Counted from the first letter of the stretch, positions 36,085-45,234 are shown. The stretch: 48,444 nucleotides of DNA from Lachnospiraceae bacterium (GCA_045577235.1 JAZNHY010000039.1:1-48444), one strand, 5' to 3'. Notes: a model not told the origin generated them from the sequence alone. Numbers and translations are program-made.

Positions 36085-37020
36085 ATGCCACTGGTTACAA
36101 CAAAAGAAATGTTTGAGAAAGCTTATAACGGCGGTTACGCGATCGGCGCTTTTAACGTGAACAATATGGAAATCGTCCAGGGTATCACGGAAGCTGCAAA
36201 AGAATTAAATGCTCCGCTGATTCTTCAGGTCTCCAAAGGAGCTCGCGCCTATGCAAATCATACCTATCTGATGAAGCTGGTGGAGGCTGCTGTCATAGAG
36301 ACCGGACTCCCGATCTGCCTGCATTTAGATCATGGTGACAGCTTTGATCTTTGCAAGAGCTGTATCGATGGAGGCTTTACATCTGTCATGATCGATAAAT
36401 CTTCTCTGTCTCTGGAAGAAAACATTGCAGAAACAAAGAAAGTTGTGGAATATGCTCATGATCACGGCGTTGTTGTAGAAGCAGAACTTGGAACGCTGGC
36501 TGGTATTGAAGATGAAGTAAATGTCAGTGCAGAAGATTCTTCTTACACACGACCGGAAGATGTTCAGGAATTTGTAGAACGGACAGGATGCGACTCACTG
36601 GCTATCGCAATCGGAACCAGTCATGGCGCTTATAAGTTCAAACCGGGCACCAAACCGCAGCTGCGTTTTGATATTTTGGAAGAAGTTGCAAAACGTCTTC
36701 CATCCTTCCCTATCGTCCTGCATGGTTCTTCTTCCGTTCCTCAGTATCTGGTAGAAAAGATCAATGCGCATGGCGGAAACATGCCTGGTGCGATTGGTGT
36801 TCCGGAAGATCAGCTTCGTCAGGCAGCTTCTCTTGCAGTCTGTAAGATCAATATCGACTCTGACCTTCGTCTGGCAATGACCGCTACCATCCGCGAATAC
36901 TTTGACGAACATCCGGATCATTTTGACCCTCGTCAGTATCTGAAACCATCCAGAGAAGCTATTAAAGAATTGGTCGCTCATAAGATCATTAACGTTCTTG
37001 GCTGCAACGGAAAAGCATAA
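36085..37020 (+). CDS. fba: Class II fructose-1,6-bisphosphate aldolase
   Basis: The 311-aa protein has GAFNVNNMEI, LHLDHG, and the metal ligands GTSHGAYK and LHGSSSVP. Confidence 0.95.
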   Translation: MPLVTTKEMFEKAYNGGYAIGAFNVNNMEIVQGITEAAKELNAPLILQVSKGARAYANHTYLMKLVEAAVIETGLPICLHLDHGDSFDLCKSCIDGGFTSVMIDKSSLSLEENIAETKKVVEYAHDHGVVVEAELGTLAGIEDEVNVSAEDSSYTRPEDVQEFVERTGCDSLAIAIGTSHGAYKFKPGTKPQLRFDILEEVAKRLPSFPIVLHGSSSVPQYLVEKINAHGGNMPGAIGVPEDQLRQAASLAVCKINIDSDLRLAMTATIREYFDEHPDHFDPRQYLKPSREAIKELVAHKIINVLGCNGKA

Positions 37021-37036
37021 ATCAAAGGAGAAACTT

Positions 37037-38281
37037 ATGGCAGAGAAACTGATTGGCAGTGCAATTTTCGGACAATCCGGCGGGCCTACATCCGTCATCA
37101 ATTCCAGTGCATATGGTGTGATCCGTACAGCTCTGGATTCAGATGAGATCACCAATGTTTACGGTGCGGAAAACGGCATCATCGGCGTTCTGAATGACCG
37201 CTTATTTGATATGTCCAAAGAAGATGCAGACGAGCTTCTTCTTCTGGTCAATACTCCATCTTCAGAGCTCGGATCATGCAGATATAAGATTGCGGACCCG
37301 GATGAAGATGATACTGATTACAAAAAGATACTGAAAGTATTCAAAAAATATAATGTCCGCTATTTCTTTTATAACGGTGGAAATGACTCCATGGATACCT
37401 GCAATAAGATCTATCGTTATATGAAAAAAGTCGGTTATGAATGCCGCGTGATCGGTGTTCCGAAAACGATCGATAATGATCTGGCTGGCACCGACCACTG
37501 CCCGGGATATGGCAGTGCTGCAAAATACATCGCAACTTCATGTATGGAGGTCAGCAAAGACAATAAAGTTTACACTACGGATAATATCACTGTTATGGAG
37601 ATCATGGGCCGTCATGCCGGATGGCTGACTGCCGCCTCTGTTCTGGCTTCCGAAAAAGGAGAAGGACCGGATCTGATCTACCTTCCGGAAACAGACTTTG
37701 ATCTGGACCAGTTTTTTGATGATGTTCAGAAAGTCCATGAGAAAAAAGGTGATGTTTTTATCGCTGTATCAGAAGGGATCCACTATGACAATGGACGTTT
37801 TGTAGCGGAAGTCCAGACATCCAGTACCGACGGTTTTGGCCATGCACAGTTAGGTGGTGTGGCTAATTATCTGGGCGGACTCTTAAAAGCCCGTACAGGA
37901 ATCAAGACTCGTGCGATCGAATTAAGTCTTCTTCAGCGGAGTGCCGCACATATGGCATCTAAAACAGATATCGAAGAAGCGATCGAAGCCGGTAAGTTTG
38001 CTGTCAAATCTGCTCTGGCTGGTAAGACGGGAAGAATGGTTGCGTTTGAACGTGATCCGGAATCAACTTCTTATAAATGCAAGATGATCCTGGTCCCGCT
38101 TTCAGAAGCTGCTAATGCAGAGAAGAAAGTCCCTCGTGAATGGATCAATAAAAAAGGTAATTTTGTAAACAAAGAATTTCTTGATTATGCCCTCCCGTTA
38201 ATTCAAGGAGAGCCGGTCCGGTACTTTGAAGATTCTCTACCGCGCTACGCAAGACTGAAGAAAGTCATTGCCGAAAAATAA
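37037..38281 (+). CDS. Phosphofructokinase family protein, ~414-aa long form with pyrophosphate-dependent signature residues
   Basis: I moved the start to ATG 37037, which has an AAAGGAGAA RBS. The track start at 36998 overlaps fba. Motifs are GQSGGPTSVINSS, GGNDSMDT (Asp at the E. coli G104 position) and PKTIDND (Lys at the G124 position). Confidence 0.85.
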   Translation: MAEKLIGSAIFGQSGGPTSVINSSAYGVIRTALDSDEITNVYGAENGIIGVLNDRLFDMSKEDADELLLLVNTPSSELGSCRYKIADPDEDDTDYKKILKVFKKYNVRYFFYNGGNDSMDTCNKIYRYMKKVGYECRVIGVPKTIDNDLAGTDHCPGYGSAAKYIATSCMEVSKDNKVYTTDNITVMEIMGRHAGWLTAASVLASEKGEGPDLIYLPETDFDLDQFFDDVQKVHEKKGDVFIAVSEGIHYDNGRFVAEVQTSSTDGFGHAQLGGVANYLGGLLKARTGIKTRAIELSLLQRSAAHMASKTDIEEAIEAGKFAVKSALAGKTGRMVAFERDPESTSYKCKMILVPLSEAANAEKKVPREWINKKGNFVNKEFLDYALPLIQGEPVRYFEDSLPRYARLKKVIAEK

Positions 38282-38291
38282 CAAACAAAAA

Positions 38292-38313
38292 AAGGCCGCC
38301 GTCTGGCGGCCTT
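38292..38313. terminator. Bidirectional terminator between pfk (+) and the DMT transporter gene (-)
   Basis: AAGGCCGCC-GTCT-GGCGGCCTT is a 9-bp stem. An A-run upstream gives a strong U-run for the minus-strand transcript. The tail on the plus strand is weaker. Confidence 0.8.
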
Positions 38314-38329
38314 CACTTTACAGACCAAT

Positions 38330-39295
38330 CTAAGCTTCTGCAAGTCCCTCTGCAATACCCAGCATTACAATACCAGCAATAACAAGAATCACGCAGACCG
38401 TCTGAGACGGTTTCAGTTTTTCTTTAATAAAGATTCTGGACAGGATGACAGAAACAATACAATAGGACCCAACCATCGGAGCTGCAAGTACAGGCTGTGC
38501 AGACATAGCATAAACATAGAATACCTGTCCAAATTCCTCACAGCAGGCAGCGATCCCTTTATTGACTTCTGATTTTTGGAATGGATTATATGGCTTTTTA
38601 TTTTTGATCCAAAGAAAGATAAAGCACCCGAGCGCAGCAAGGAAGAAAGTCAGTCCATAAAGAATCAGGACATCGATCTCATCCAGTCCCAGCAGGGATT
38701 CATCACTTAAAATAATACCGTCAGCAGCCGTACCGATCGTATCAAAGATGCAGTACAGGATCGGAAATAAAAGTGCCAATGCTCCCAAACGGTATTTCCG
38801 TTCGCTTTTAGGCAAAGGCTTTTCACTATCTGCCAGTTTCTTTTCTACAACAGCCAGCAAAATGACGCCTGCTACGATCAATACAGACCCTGCAATCTCA
38901 AGAACAGAAAACTCTTCAAAGAAATGAGTAATTCTGCCTGTCACTGCAAAGAATACAGCCATGCAGACAGCAGAAAGTGCTCCGGATGCATTTTGAACAG
39001 GAGAAACGATCGACAATTCCAAATACCTAAGGCCTGCATAACCGATAACCATCGAAATGATATAGGAGAGGGACGCTGGTGAATATTTCACCATGTCAAT
39101 AAAAAACGTGCCAAAGGAGAACTGTTTATGAAAGATGATCAGCAGTGCGATCGCACAGACTCCCATGACCAGACCGACCCAGACTGCAATCTTTAAATGC
39201 GAATACCTGTCCGAATCATCAGTACCTTTCTTATAAAAAAGATCTGCGCACCCCCAACCGAATACGCAGATCAGTGCAAGGAAAAACCACAACAT
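38330..39295 (-). CDS. DMT (EamA-like) family transporter
   Basis: The 321-aa protein has about 10 TM segments and a two-fold internal repeat architecture typical of the drug/metabolite transporter superfamily. The call is weakly supported by motif. Confidence 0.6.
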   Translation of the reverse strand: MLWFFLALICVFGWGCADLFYKKGTDDSDRYSHLKIAVWVGLVMGVCAIALLIIFHKQFSFGTFFIDMVKYSPASLSYIISMVIGYAGLRYLELSIVSPVQNASGALSAVCMAVFFAVTGRITHFFEEFSVLEIAGSVLIVAGVILLAVVEKKLADSEKPLPKSERKYRLGALALLFPILYCIFDTIGTAADGIILSDESLLGLDEIDVLILYGLTFFLAALGCFIFLWIKNKKPYNPFQKSEVNKGIAACCEEFGQVFYVYAMSAQPVLAAPMVGSYCIVSVILSRIFIKEKLKPSQTVCVILVIAGIVMLGIAEGLAEA

Positions 39296-39297
39296 GT

Positions 39298-39678
39298 TTA
39301 TAAATAATCCTCGATTCTCGGCGTATCATCGCCAGTCTCTTCTTTTTTAGTATGACCGAGAAGCTTGTTCATAATATCAGGAATGATTTCAATCAGTTTA
39401 TTGATGGAATCTTTATCTTTGATATTTACAACTTTTGAGGTCCCGTTCTGAATGATCAGCACTGCAGACGGGGAGATATGAGCACCGGCTCCTCCGGCCC
39501 CATTGTTCTTTGTTTCTTTATTGAATGCCCCGGCAGCTACGCCAAAAGAGACATCTGCCATTGGAAATACAACAATATCTTTATATTGGATCGGCTCGCC
39601 TACGATCGTCTTAGTGGAAACATAGTTTTCCAGACTGCTCATTAATGCGCCGACGGTGTTTTCAAAATTCTCAGCCAT
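39298..39678 (-). CDS. gerW: GerW (YtfJ) family sporulation protein
   Basis: The 126-aa protein reads TIVGEPIQYKDIVVFPMADVSFGVAAGAF...GAGGAGAHISPSAVLII, the characteristic YtfJ pattern. Confidence 0.85.
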   Translation of the reverse strand: MAENFENTVGALMSSLENYVSTKTIVGEPIQYKDIVVFPMADVSFGVAAGAFNKETKNNGAGGAGAHISPSAVLIIQNGTSKVVNIKDKDSINKLIEIIPDIMNKLLGHTKKEETGDDTPRIEDYL

Positions 39679-40592
39679 TAAATCATCCTCCTGACAACTC
39701 GGACTACTCTTCTGACATCTTTGTTAAAGAACACCCGCAATGCACAAACCAGAAGATAGCCTATCAGGACCCTGCCCTGCATCACCATATCAAGAGAAAT
39801 ACCCTTTTGATAGAACTCTGGTGTGATGATCAATTTACCTTCTGACATTGCAATCGCAAGAATATCAATGGTGCCATATATTATAGCGGTATTTGCCGGA
39901 TCTTCCAAGCCAAAATTTATATTTCCCGCAATTTTTTTTGGTTTTATATGATTCAGGATATGAAAAAGCTGCTCTTTAACTTTTTTTACTGCTCTCGCTG
40001 TGACTTTAGATGTCAGGACCGCTTCTGTCTGTTCCAGTTTATTTATCAATCTTTCATATTTTTCAGACAATTTTTCGAAGAAACGTTCGATCCTGTCAGA
40101 AAGATCTTCTTTCTCTTTCCCTGTTTTTTTATTCTCTTCTGTTTCTGTTTCTGTTTTGTTTGGTTCTTCCGGAACAGCCGCTCCTATTATTTCCTCGGTT
40201 CGAACGGATACTGCTTCTGTGGTCTGTTCAGCAGTATTGTATTCAACGGCCTTTTCTGCTTTCGTATCTTCCTGCGTTTTCAATATCTGGGAATCCATGT
40301 CGGTTTCTACCGGTATTGTTTTCTCCGGATTTAACAGATCTCCTTTTTTCAGTGAGATCCCGGCTATCCTGACACGATATAAAAGTTTTTTCTCTGCATA
40401 TTGAATGGATGCCGTTAATAAGCCAAACAGCCATGTTGCCTTTCCCTCCGCCTGAATGTCAGCATTCATGCCTTCTCCGGAAAAGCGGTAACGGAGAGGA
40501 ACCAGAAGCACTAACAATACAAGAAGCAAAACGAGACCTACGATACAGGCCAGGACGATTCCTATGATTTTTAATATCGTTAATATGATCAT
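39678..40592 (-). CDS. ytfI: DUF2953 (YtfI-like) sporulation-associated membrane protein
   Basis: It has an N-terminal TM segment followed by LVPLRYRFSG. It lies immediately upstream of the ytfJ homolog and has an acidic low-complexity middle region. Confidence 0.7.
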   Translation of the reverse strand: MIILTILKIIGIVLACIVGLVLLLVLLVLLVPLRYRFSGEGMNADIQAEGKATWLFGLLTASIQYAEKKLLYRVRIAGISLKKGDLLNPEKTIPVETDMDSQILKTQEDTKAEKAVEYNTAEQTTEAVSVRTEEIIGAAVPEEPNKTETETEENKKTGKEKEDLSDRIERFFEKLSEKYERLINKLEQTEAVLTSKVTARAVKKVKEQLFHILNHIKPKKIAGNINFGLEDPANTAIIYGTIDILAIAMSEGKLIITPEFYQKGISLDMVMQGRVLIGYLLVCALRVFFNKDVRRVVRVVRRMI

Positions 40593-40888
40593 TGGAAATA
40601 ACTCCTGACATCATAACCGCCGGTCCTGGCATACACATCCAGGATCATTTTTTCACAGACCTCATAAGCTTCTTCTTTGGTAACAGCTACACCGATTATT
40701 GGCGCATCCCGATAAATATCTTTTTGCAGCATATAGCCGGGAATGATATCAAACAGATCCTTCCCATTCACTGACAATATGATGACAAAAACGCCGAAGT
40801 TCACTTTTTTGTGTTCCAGATCATGAACGATCTTAACCCTTTGTTTCGCAGCACTTTCGCCAAAATATAAAAGTGTATGCCATTTCAT
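40589..40888 (-). CDS. Hypothetical protein (99 aa, soluble)
   Basis: The ORF overlaps the downstream gene by 4 nt. It has no recognisable motif. Confidence 0.5.
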   Translation of the reverse strand: MKWHTLLYFGESAAKQRVKIVHDLEHKKVNFGVFVIILSVNGKDLFDIIPGYMLQKDIYRDAPIIGVAVTKEEAYEVCEKMILDVYARTGGYDVRSYFQ

Positions 40889-40915
40889 TACTGCAGATAT
40901 TTCCTTTTACAGTTT

Positions 40916-41365
40916 CTACTCTTTCTTCCGGGAAGACAGATTCAGCGCCGCTCCAATAACATAAAGCGCAGGAAGCACAATGCAGATCAGTGCTCCCACG
41001 ATAAATATCCACATAGAAAACCCGATCATATCTTCCACAAGAAAATAGATTACAAAAAACAGAACAAAGACCAGCACTACAATTCCCATCACTAGACAGC
41101 TTACGCAGTGCTGCGGCCTTTTGGAATTATGAATTCCAATACCTCCGGTCACGATACTAAATGCTGCAAGCAGCAGAAAAAACGTATAGAAGACCGCAAA
41201 AAAACCAAAGCCTCCTGCATTATCTCCATTGACACCGGCTATTGCAGCAATGAAGCCGATTAATACGAGGTATGCAATTAAACCCAAAGCAGCTAAGCTG
41301 CCAAAAATGATCAGAAGGATCCCGGAAGTTTTTAACAATCCCCTTCCTTTTGCTTCCTGTTGCAT
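40916..41365 (-). CDS. Hypothetical membrane protein (149 aa, ~4 TM)
   Basis: It has four hydrophobic helices and no recognisable motif. Confidence 0.5.
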   Translation of the reverse strand: MQQEAKGRGLLKTSGILLIIFGSLAALGLIAYLVLIGFIAAIAGVNGDNAGGFGFFAVFYTFFLLLAAFSIVTGGIGIHNSKRPQHCVSCLVMGIVVLVFVLFFVIYFLVEDMIGFSMWIFIVGALICIVLPALYVIGAALNLSSRKKE

Positions 41366-41381
41366 ATATCCCTCCCTCTTT

Positions 41382-43040
41382 TTAACGGATCAGGTGAAGT
41401 TTCTTTGCCAGGGCATATATTTTAGCTCCACCTGGCAGCATATAGATTTCTTCGTCATCGATCACACGGAACAACAACAGGAGAATCCCATAAATCAAAA
41501 CTGATGCAACAATCGTTACCAGAACCGATACAGCATAACTCTTAACTCCACGATACAATGCCTGGCTGATAAAATAACTGCAGACACCCATCAATACAGA
41601 ACAAATAGCCGGGAACAAGAAACTCTTTTTAATTTCCTGCTTGTATCCGATGTATTTCCTTAATGACCGCGCATTTAAAACACAGACGATCAAAGCGAAC
41701 AGCATATCACAAATAACCAAACAGAATACATCAATATTGAATATATAGAGCATTGCCACCAGAATGACCACATGAATCAAAATGGCGATCGCAGAATGGA
41801 TGACCGGAATCCGCATTTTATCAATTCCCTGCAGAATGGAGTTTGTGATCGTAGAAAGAGAATAAAATACAACGGAGATACATCCCACCATCAGCATCAG
41901 AGAAACCTTATTTGGGTCTACACTCGTAGGAAAGAGGAATCCAATGATCTGGCGTGACAGAGCACCAATTCCGGCTGCACAAGGCATGGCAACGATCATG
42001 GAAACCTTGATAGAGGATTCCACCTTACGGATCACACTGCCCTTATTATTCTGTGTCATAGACTTCACAACACTAGGGATCAGAGAAGACGCCAGAGCAC
42101 TTGCCAATGCGATCGGAACATTTACGATCAATCGGTAATTACCTGTAAACATACCGGTCAGAATATCTTTCTGGGCTTCTGCCACACCCTTTGCTTTCAG
42201 AATGTTGCTGAACAGACCGGAATCGATCAAACCACTGATGTTATAGATCGTGGTGCTTAAAATAACAGGAACAATCGTCAAAACAAGTACTTTTAAAATA
42301 TCTTTTGCCGGTTCCACATACTCACTTTTATCATTTGCGATCTGCTGATTCAGGGTCTTGCGGTACAGCATAAAGAGAAAGATCATAAAAGCCAAAGCTG
42401 CCGCAGCACCACATACCGTACCTAAGGTTCCACCTGCTGCTCCATAAGCTTCTTTGACATTTCCAAACGCATAAGCAGCCTCCTGAGCTGTTGTAACAGA
42501 TTTGTATAAGGCAGAAGCCGCAACAATACTGACGATGGCATTTACGATCTGTTCAAAAATGTTAGAAATAGCGGTTGGGATCATCGTCCCAAGGCCCTGG
42601 AAATAGCCGCGCATAACGCCAAGGACGGAAAGAATGATAAGCGCCGGAGAAAGAACGCGAAGTGCAATAGCGCTTTGCGGATAATTCAGGATCTTTGCAA
42701 AAAGATTGGCTCCAAAGAAAGTAATACAGAAAGCTGCAATGCCGCAGCAAAGCGCAAAGATCAGCGCAAAGATAAAAATACGTTTTGTGTTCCGGTACTC
42801 TTTCAACGTTGTCCGCTTGGAGACCATTTTTGATACTGCCAGCGGAAGACTGTAAGACGATAACAATAAAAGAATGGAGTAAACATCAAAAGCCACGCCA
42901 TAATACGCGACTCCTTTTTCTCCCAGAATATTATTTAATGGGACACGGTATATGATGCCGATCAGCCTAACCAGGATCGATGAGACGCCCAGAATGGCAC
43001 CCTGCATCAGGAAATTACCTTTACTGTTCTTTTTTGCCAT
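41382..43040 (-). CDS. MOP-superfamily flippase (polysaccharide biosynthesis protein / SpoVB-MurJ-like)
   Basis: The 552-aa protein has about 14 TM segments. Its N-terminus, GAILGVSSILVRLIGIIYRVPLNNILG..G..YYGVAF, is typical of SpoVB/putative lipid II flippases. Confidence 0.75.
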   Translation of the reverse strand: MAKKNSKGNFLMQGAILGVSSILVRLIGIIYRVPLNNILGEKGVAYYGVAFDVYSILLLLSSYSLPLAVSKMVSKRTTLKEYRNTKRIFIFALIFALCCGIAAFCITFFGANLFAKILNYPQSAIALRVLSPALIILSVLGVMRGYFQGLGTMIPTAISNIFEQIVNAIVSIVAASALYKSVTTAQEAAYAFGNVKEAYGAAGGTLGTVCGAAAALAFMIFLFMLYRKTLNQQIANDKSEYVEPAKDILKVLVLTIVPVILSTTIYNISGLIDSGLFSNILKAKGVAEAQKDILTGMFTGNYRLIVNVPIALASALASSLIPSVVKSMTQNNKGSVIRKVESSIKVSMIVAMPCAAGIGALSRQIIGFLFPTSVDPNKVSLMLMVGCISVVFYSLSTITNSILQGIDKMRIPVIHSAIAILIHVVILVAMLYIFNIDVFCLVICDMLFALIVCVLNARSLRKYIGYKQEIKKSFLFPAICSVLMGVCSYFISQALYRGVKSYAVSVLVTIVASVLIYGILLLLFRVIDDEEIYMLPGGAKIYALAKKLHLIR

Positions 43041-43042
43041 CC

Positions 43043-43516
43043 TTATCTGTTGATCTTCAAGAGTTCCATGAACCGTTTTTCTTCTTTCTGCATTAAAATG
43101 GCATCGTCCGGATCAATATGATCATAACCAATTAAGTGTAACATACTATGCACAATTAAAAAAGCGAGTTCCCTTTTTTGACTGTGGCCATATTTCTTTG
43201 CCTGCTCCTTAACTTTGGAAGCGCATAAGACAATATCCCCCAGGATCTGTTCTTCATCCTCCGGCTTTCCGGGGAACTTACCTGGTTTGCTGTATTCAAA
43301 ATAAGGGAAAGACAAGACATCTGTCACACTGTCGATCCCACGCATTTCACAGTTGATTGAACGGATAGCGGATGGAACCGTAAGAAGAACGTTCACATCA
43401 AGCTCCATTGGGATCTTTTTGTCTTCCATAACTGTTTTGACCGCTTTCCGGATCACGCGGTCTATGTCTTTAAAATCGAATGCGACGCGGGATTCATTCT
43501 CAATAAAAACTTTCAT
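43043..43516 (-). CDS. ybeY: rRNA maturation RNase YbeY
   Basis: The 157-aa protein has the zinc motif HSMLHLIGYDH. Confidence 0.95.
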   Translation of the reverse strand: MKVFIENESRVAFDFKDIDRVIRKAVKTVMEDKKIPMELDVNVLLTVPSAIRSINCEMRGIDSVTDVLSFPYFEYSKPGKFPGKPEDEEQILGDIVLCASKVKEQAKKYGHSQKRELAFLIVHSMLHLIGYDHIDPDDAILMQKEEKRFMELLKINR

Positions 43517-44511
43517 GATCTCTTATTATCCTTTGACCTGGCCTTCTGATTTTGTTTTTTCTCATATTCTTCGTATGCCAGCACAATCTTCTGAACGACA
43601 GGGTGACGGACAACGTCCTGACTTGTCAATGTCACTTCTGCGATATCTTCATCTATCCCTTCCAGAACACGGATCGCAACATCCAATCCGGAAATCTGTC
43701 CATAAGGAAGGTCTTTCTGTGTCGGATCACCTGTCACAACAACTTTTGATCCAAAACCAATACGGGTCAGAAACATCTTCATCTGGGCAGGCGTTGTATT
43801 CTGGGCTTCATCCAGAATAATAAATGCATTATCCAGCGTACGTCCCCTCATATAGGCCAGTGGAGCCACTTCGATCAGCCCTTTTTCACTATTGGACAAA
43901 TAGCTCTCTGCTCCCATGATCTGATAAATAGCATCATAGAGAGGTCTGAGGTATGGATCTACCTTGCTCTGCAGATCACCCGGAAGGAATCCCAGATTTT
44001 CTCCGGCTTCAATGGCAGGCCTTGTCAGGATAATGCGGTTAACATCACCTTTACGAAAAGCATCGATTGCCATGGCCATAGCCAGATATGTTTTTCCCGT
44101 ACCGGCAGGACCAAGACCAAATACGATCATATTCTCACGGATCGCATCCACGTATTTTTTCTGGTTGAATGTTTTCGGACGAATAGGTTTTCCGTTGACG
44201 GTTCGACAGATGATCTCATCATCCAGATCAGAAAGATGTGTCTCATCCCCACCCTTTTCCATAGAGATGGCATAATCCACGTTCTGTGTTTCGATATGGT
44301 TCCCTTTGCGGACATGCTTTCCAAGATCTTCCAAGATCCTTTTTGCTCTTTCCGCGTTCACTTTATCCCCTATGATCCGGATCCCGTCCCCGCGGGCTAT
44401 GATCTTTACGAATAAAGCCTTTTCGATCTTTTTGACATTTTCATCAAGCTGCCCAAAGATCTCTTTCATTTCCTGCGCCGATAAGCTGACGACAGTTTCA
44501 ATTTCGCTCAA
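43513..44511 (-). CDS. phoH: PhoH family ATPase
   Basis: The 332-aa protein has Walker A GPAGTGKTYLA and ILDEAQN, plus an N-terminal KH-like region. Confidence 0.9.
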   Translation of the reverse strand: MSEIETVVSLSAQEMKEIFGQLDENVKKIEKALFVKIIARGDGIRIIGDKVNAERAKRILEDLGKHVRKGNHIETQNVDYAISMEKGGDETHLSDLDDEIICRTVNGKPIRPKTFNQKKYVDAIRENMIVFGLGPAGTGKTYLAMAMAIDAFRKGDVNRIILTRPAIEAGENLGFLPGDLQSKVDPYLRPLYDAIYQIMGAESYLSNSEKGLIEVAPLAYMRGRTLDNAFIILDEAQNTTPAQMKMFLTRIGFGSKVVVTGDPTQKDLPYGQISGLDVAIRVLEGIDEDIAEVTLTSQDVVRHPVVQKIVLAYEEYEKKQNQKARSKDNKRS

Positions 44512-44549
44512 ATAAAACTTACTCCTTTATTACTTATATGGATGATGAA

Positions 44550-44558
44550 ATTATAACA
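44550..44558 (-). promoter_or_regulatory. Extended -10 promoter (TGtTATAAT) for phoH-ybeY
   Basis: The reverse strand reads tttaTGtTATAATtt directly after the rpsU terminator, about 40 nt upstream of the phoH ATG. The RBS is AAGGAG. Confidence 0.5.
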
Positions 44559-44559
44559 T

Positions 44560-44589
44560 AAAAAGAACCGATATAAAATCGGTTCTTTT
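44560..44589 (-). terminator. Intrinsic terminator after rpsU
   Basis: aaaagaaccgat-ataaa-atcggttctttt is a stem of up to 12 bp. On the minus strand the core GAACCGAT/ATCGGTTC is followed by TTTTT. Confidence 0.8.
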
Positions 44590-44598
44590 GCATTCAGA

Positions 44599-44775
44599 TT
44601 AATTATATTTGCGCTTACGAGCTGCTTCAGACTTTTTCTTACGTCTTACGCTTGGTTTCTCATAATGCTCTCTTTTACGAATCTCCTGCTGGATGCCAGC
44701 TTTTGCGCAGTTTCTTTTGAAACGACGTAATGCGCTATCTAAAGATTCGCCTTCTTTAACGATAACATTTGACAT
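44599..44775 (-). CDS. rpsU: 30S ribosomal protein S21
   Basis: Not in the ORF track (58 aa, below its length cutoff). My translation is [58 protein letters not shown]. The RBS GGAGGGAGG lies upstream. Confidence 0.95.
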   Translation of the reverse strand: MSNVIVKEGESLDSALRRFKRNCAKAGIQQEIRKREHYEKPSVRRKKKSEAARKRKYN

Positions 44776-44832
44776 AAGCTTCGAACTAACCTCCCTCCGA
44801 TTATGGAATCTATCCGCTTACGCGCAATAAGA

Positions 44833-44860
44833 ATTATAACATAAATGTGCATCTCGTCAA
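44833..44860 (-). promoter_or_regulatory. Strong sigma-A promoter for rpsU (with extended -10)
   Basis: The reverse strand reads TTGACG (44860-44855), a 16-nt spacer ending in TGt, then TATAAT (44838-44833). Confidence 0.65.
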
Positions 44861-44868
44861 CAAAAATA

Positions 44869-45234
44869 TTACCAGGCATTCCGGATATATTGTATTTCTT
44901 CCCCGTCGATCAACACTGCGTCAAACCGATAATATGCATCTTGTTTCAATTTGTGACTTGTAATATACCAGGAAGCTACCTTTCGGATCGTCTGCTGCTT
45001 TTTGGCAGAGATTGCATAAGTTGCACCCCCATATTTCCTGCTTGCCCTGTATTTCACCTCCACAAAGCAGATGGTATCGCCATCTTTTGCAATAATGTCG
45101 ATCTCGCCTGCCTTTACACGGTAATTCTGCTCCAGGATCACAAGTCCCTGCTGCATCAGAAAGCGGCAGGCTTTTTCTTCCTGCCTGCCGCCCAGTTCTC
45201 TTTTATTTATTTTATCTGACTGCTGATTATTCAA
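44869..45234 (-). CDS. yraN: YraN family protein (UPF0102, predicted endonuclease fold)
   Basis: The 121-aa protein reads G...E..A..FL...G..ILEQNYR...GEIDIIAKDGDTICFVEVKYR. Confidence 0.85.
   Translation of the reverse strand: MNNQQSDKINKRELGGRQEEKACRFLMQQGLVILEQNYRVKAGEIDIIAKDGDTICFVEVKYRASRKYGGATYAISAKKQQTIRKVASWYITSHKLKQDAYYRFDAVLIDGEEIQYIRNAW

Noticed and set aside
36998-37036. A longer N-terminus for the PFK (MAATEKHKSKEKL...) is offered by the ORF track.
   Set aside because: The extension overlaps the last 23 nt of fba and has no RBS. ATG 37037 is preceded by AAAGGAGAA at proper spacing, and PFK homology begins there.
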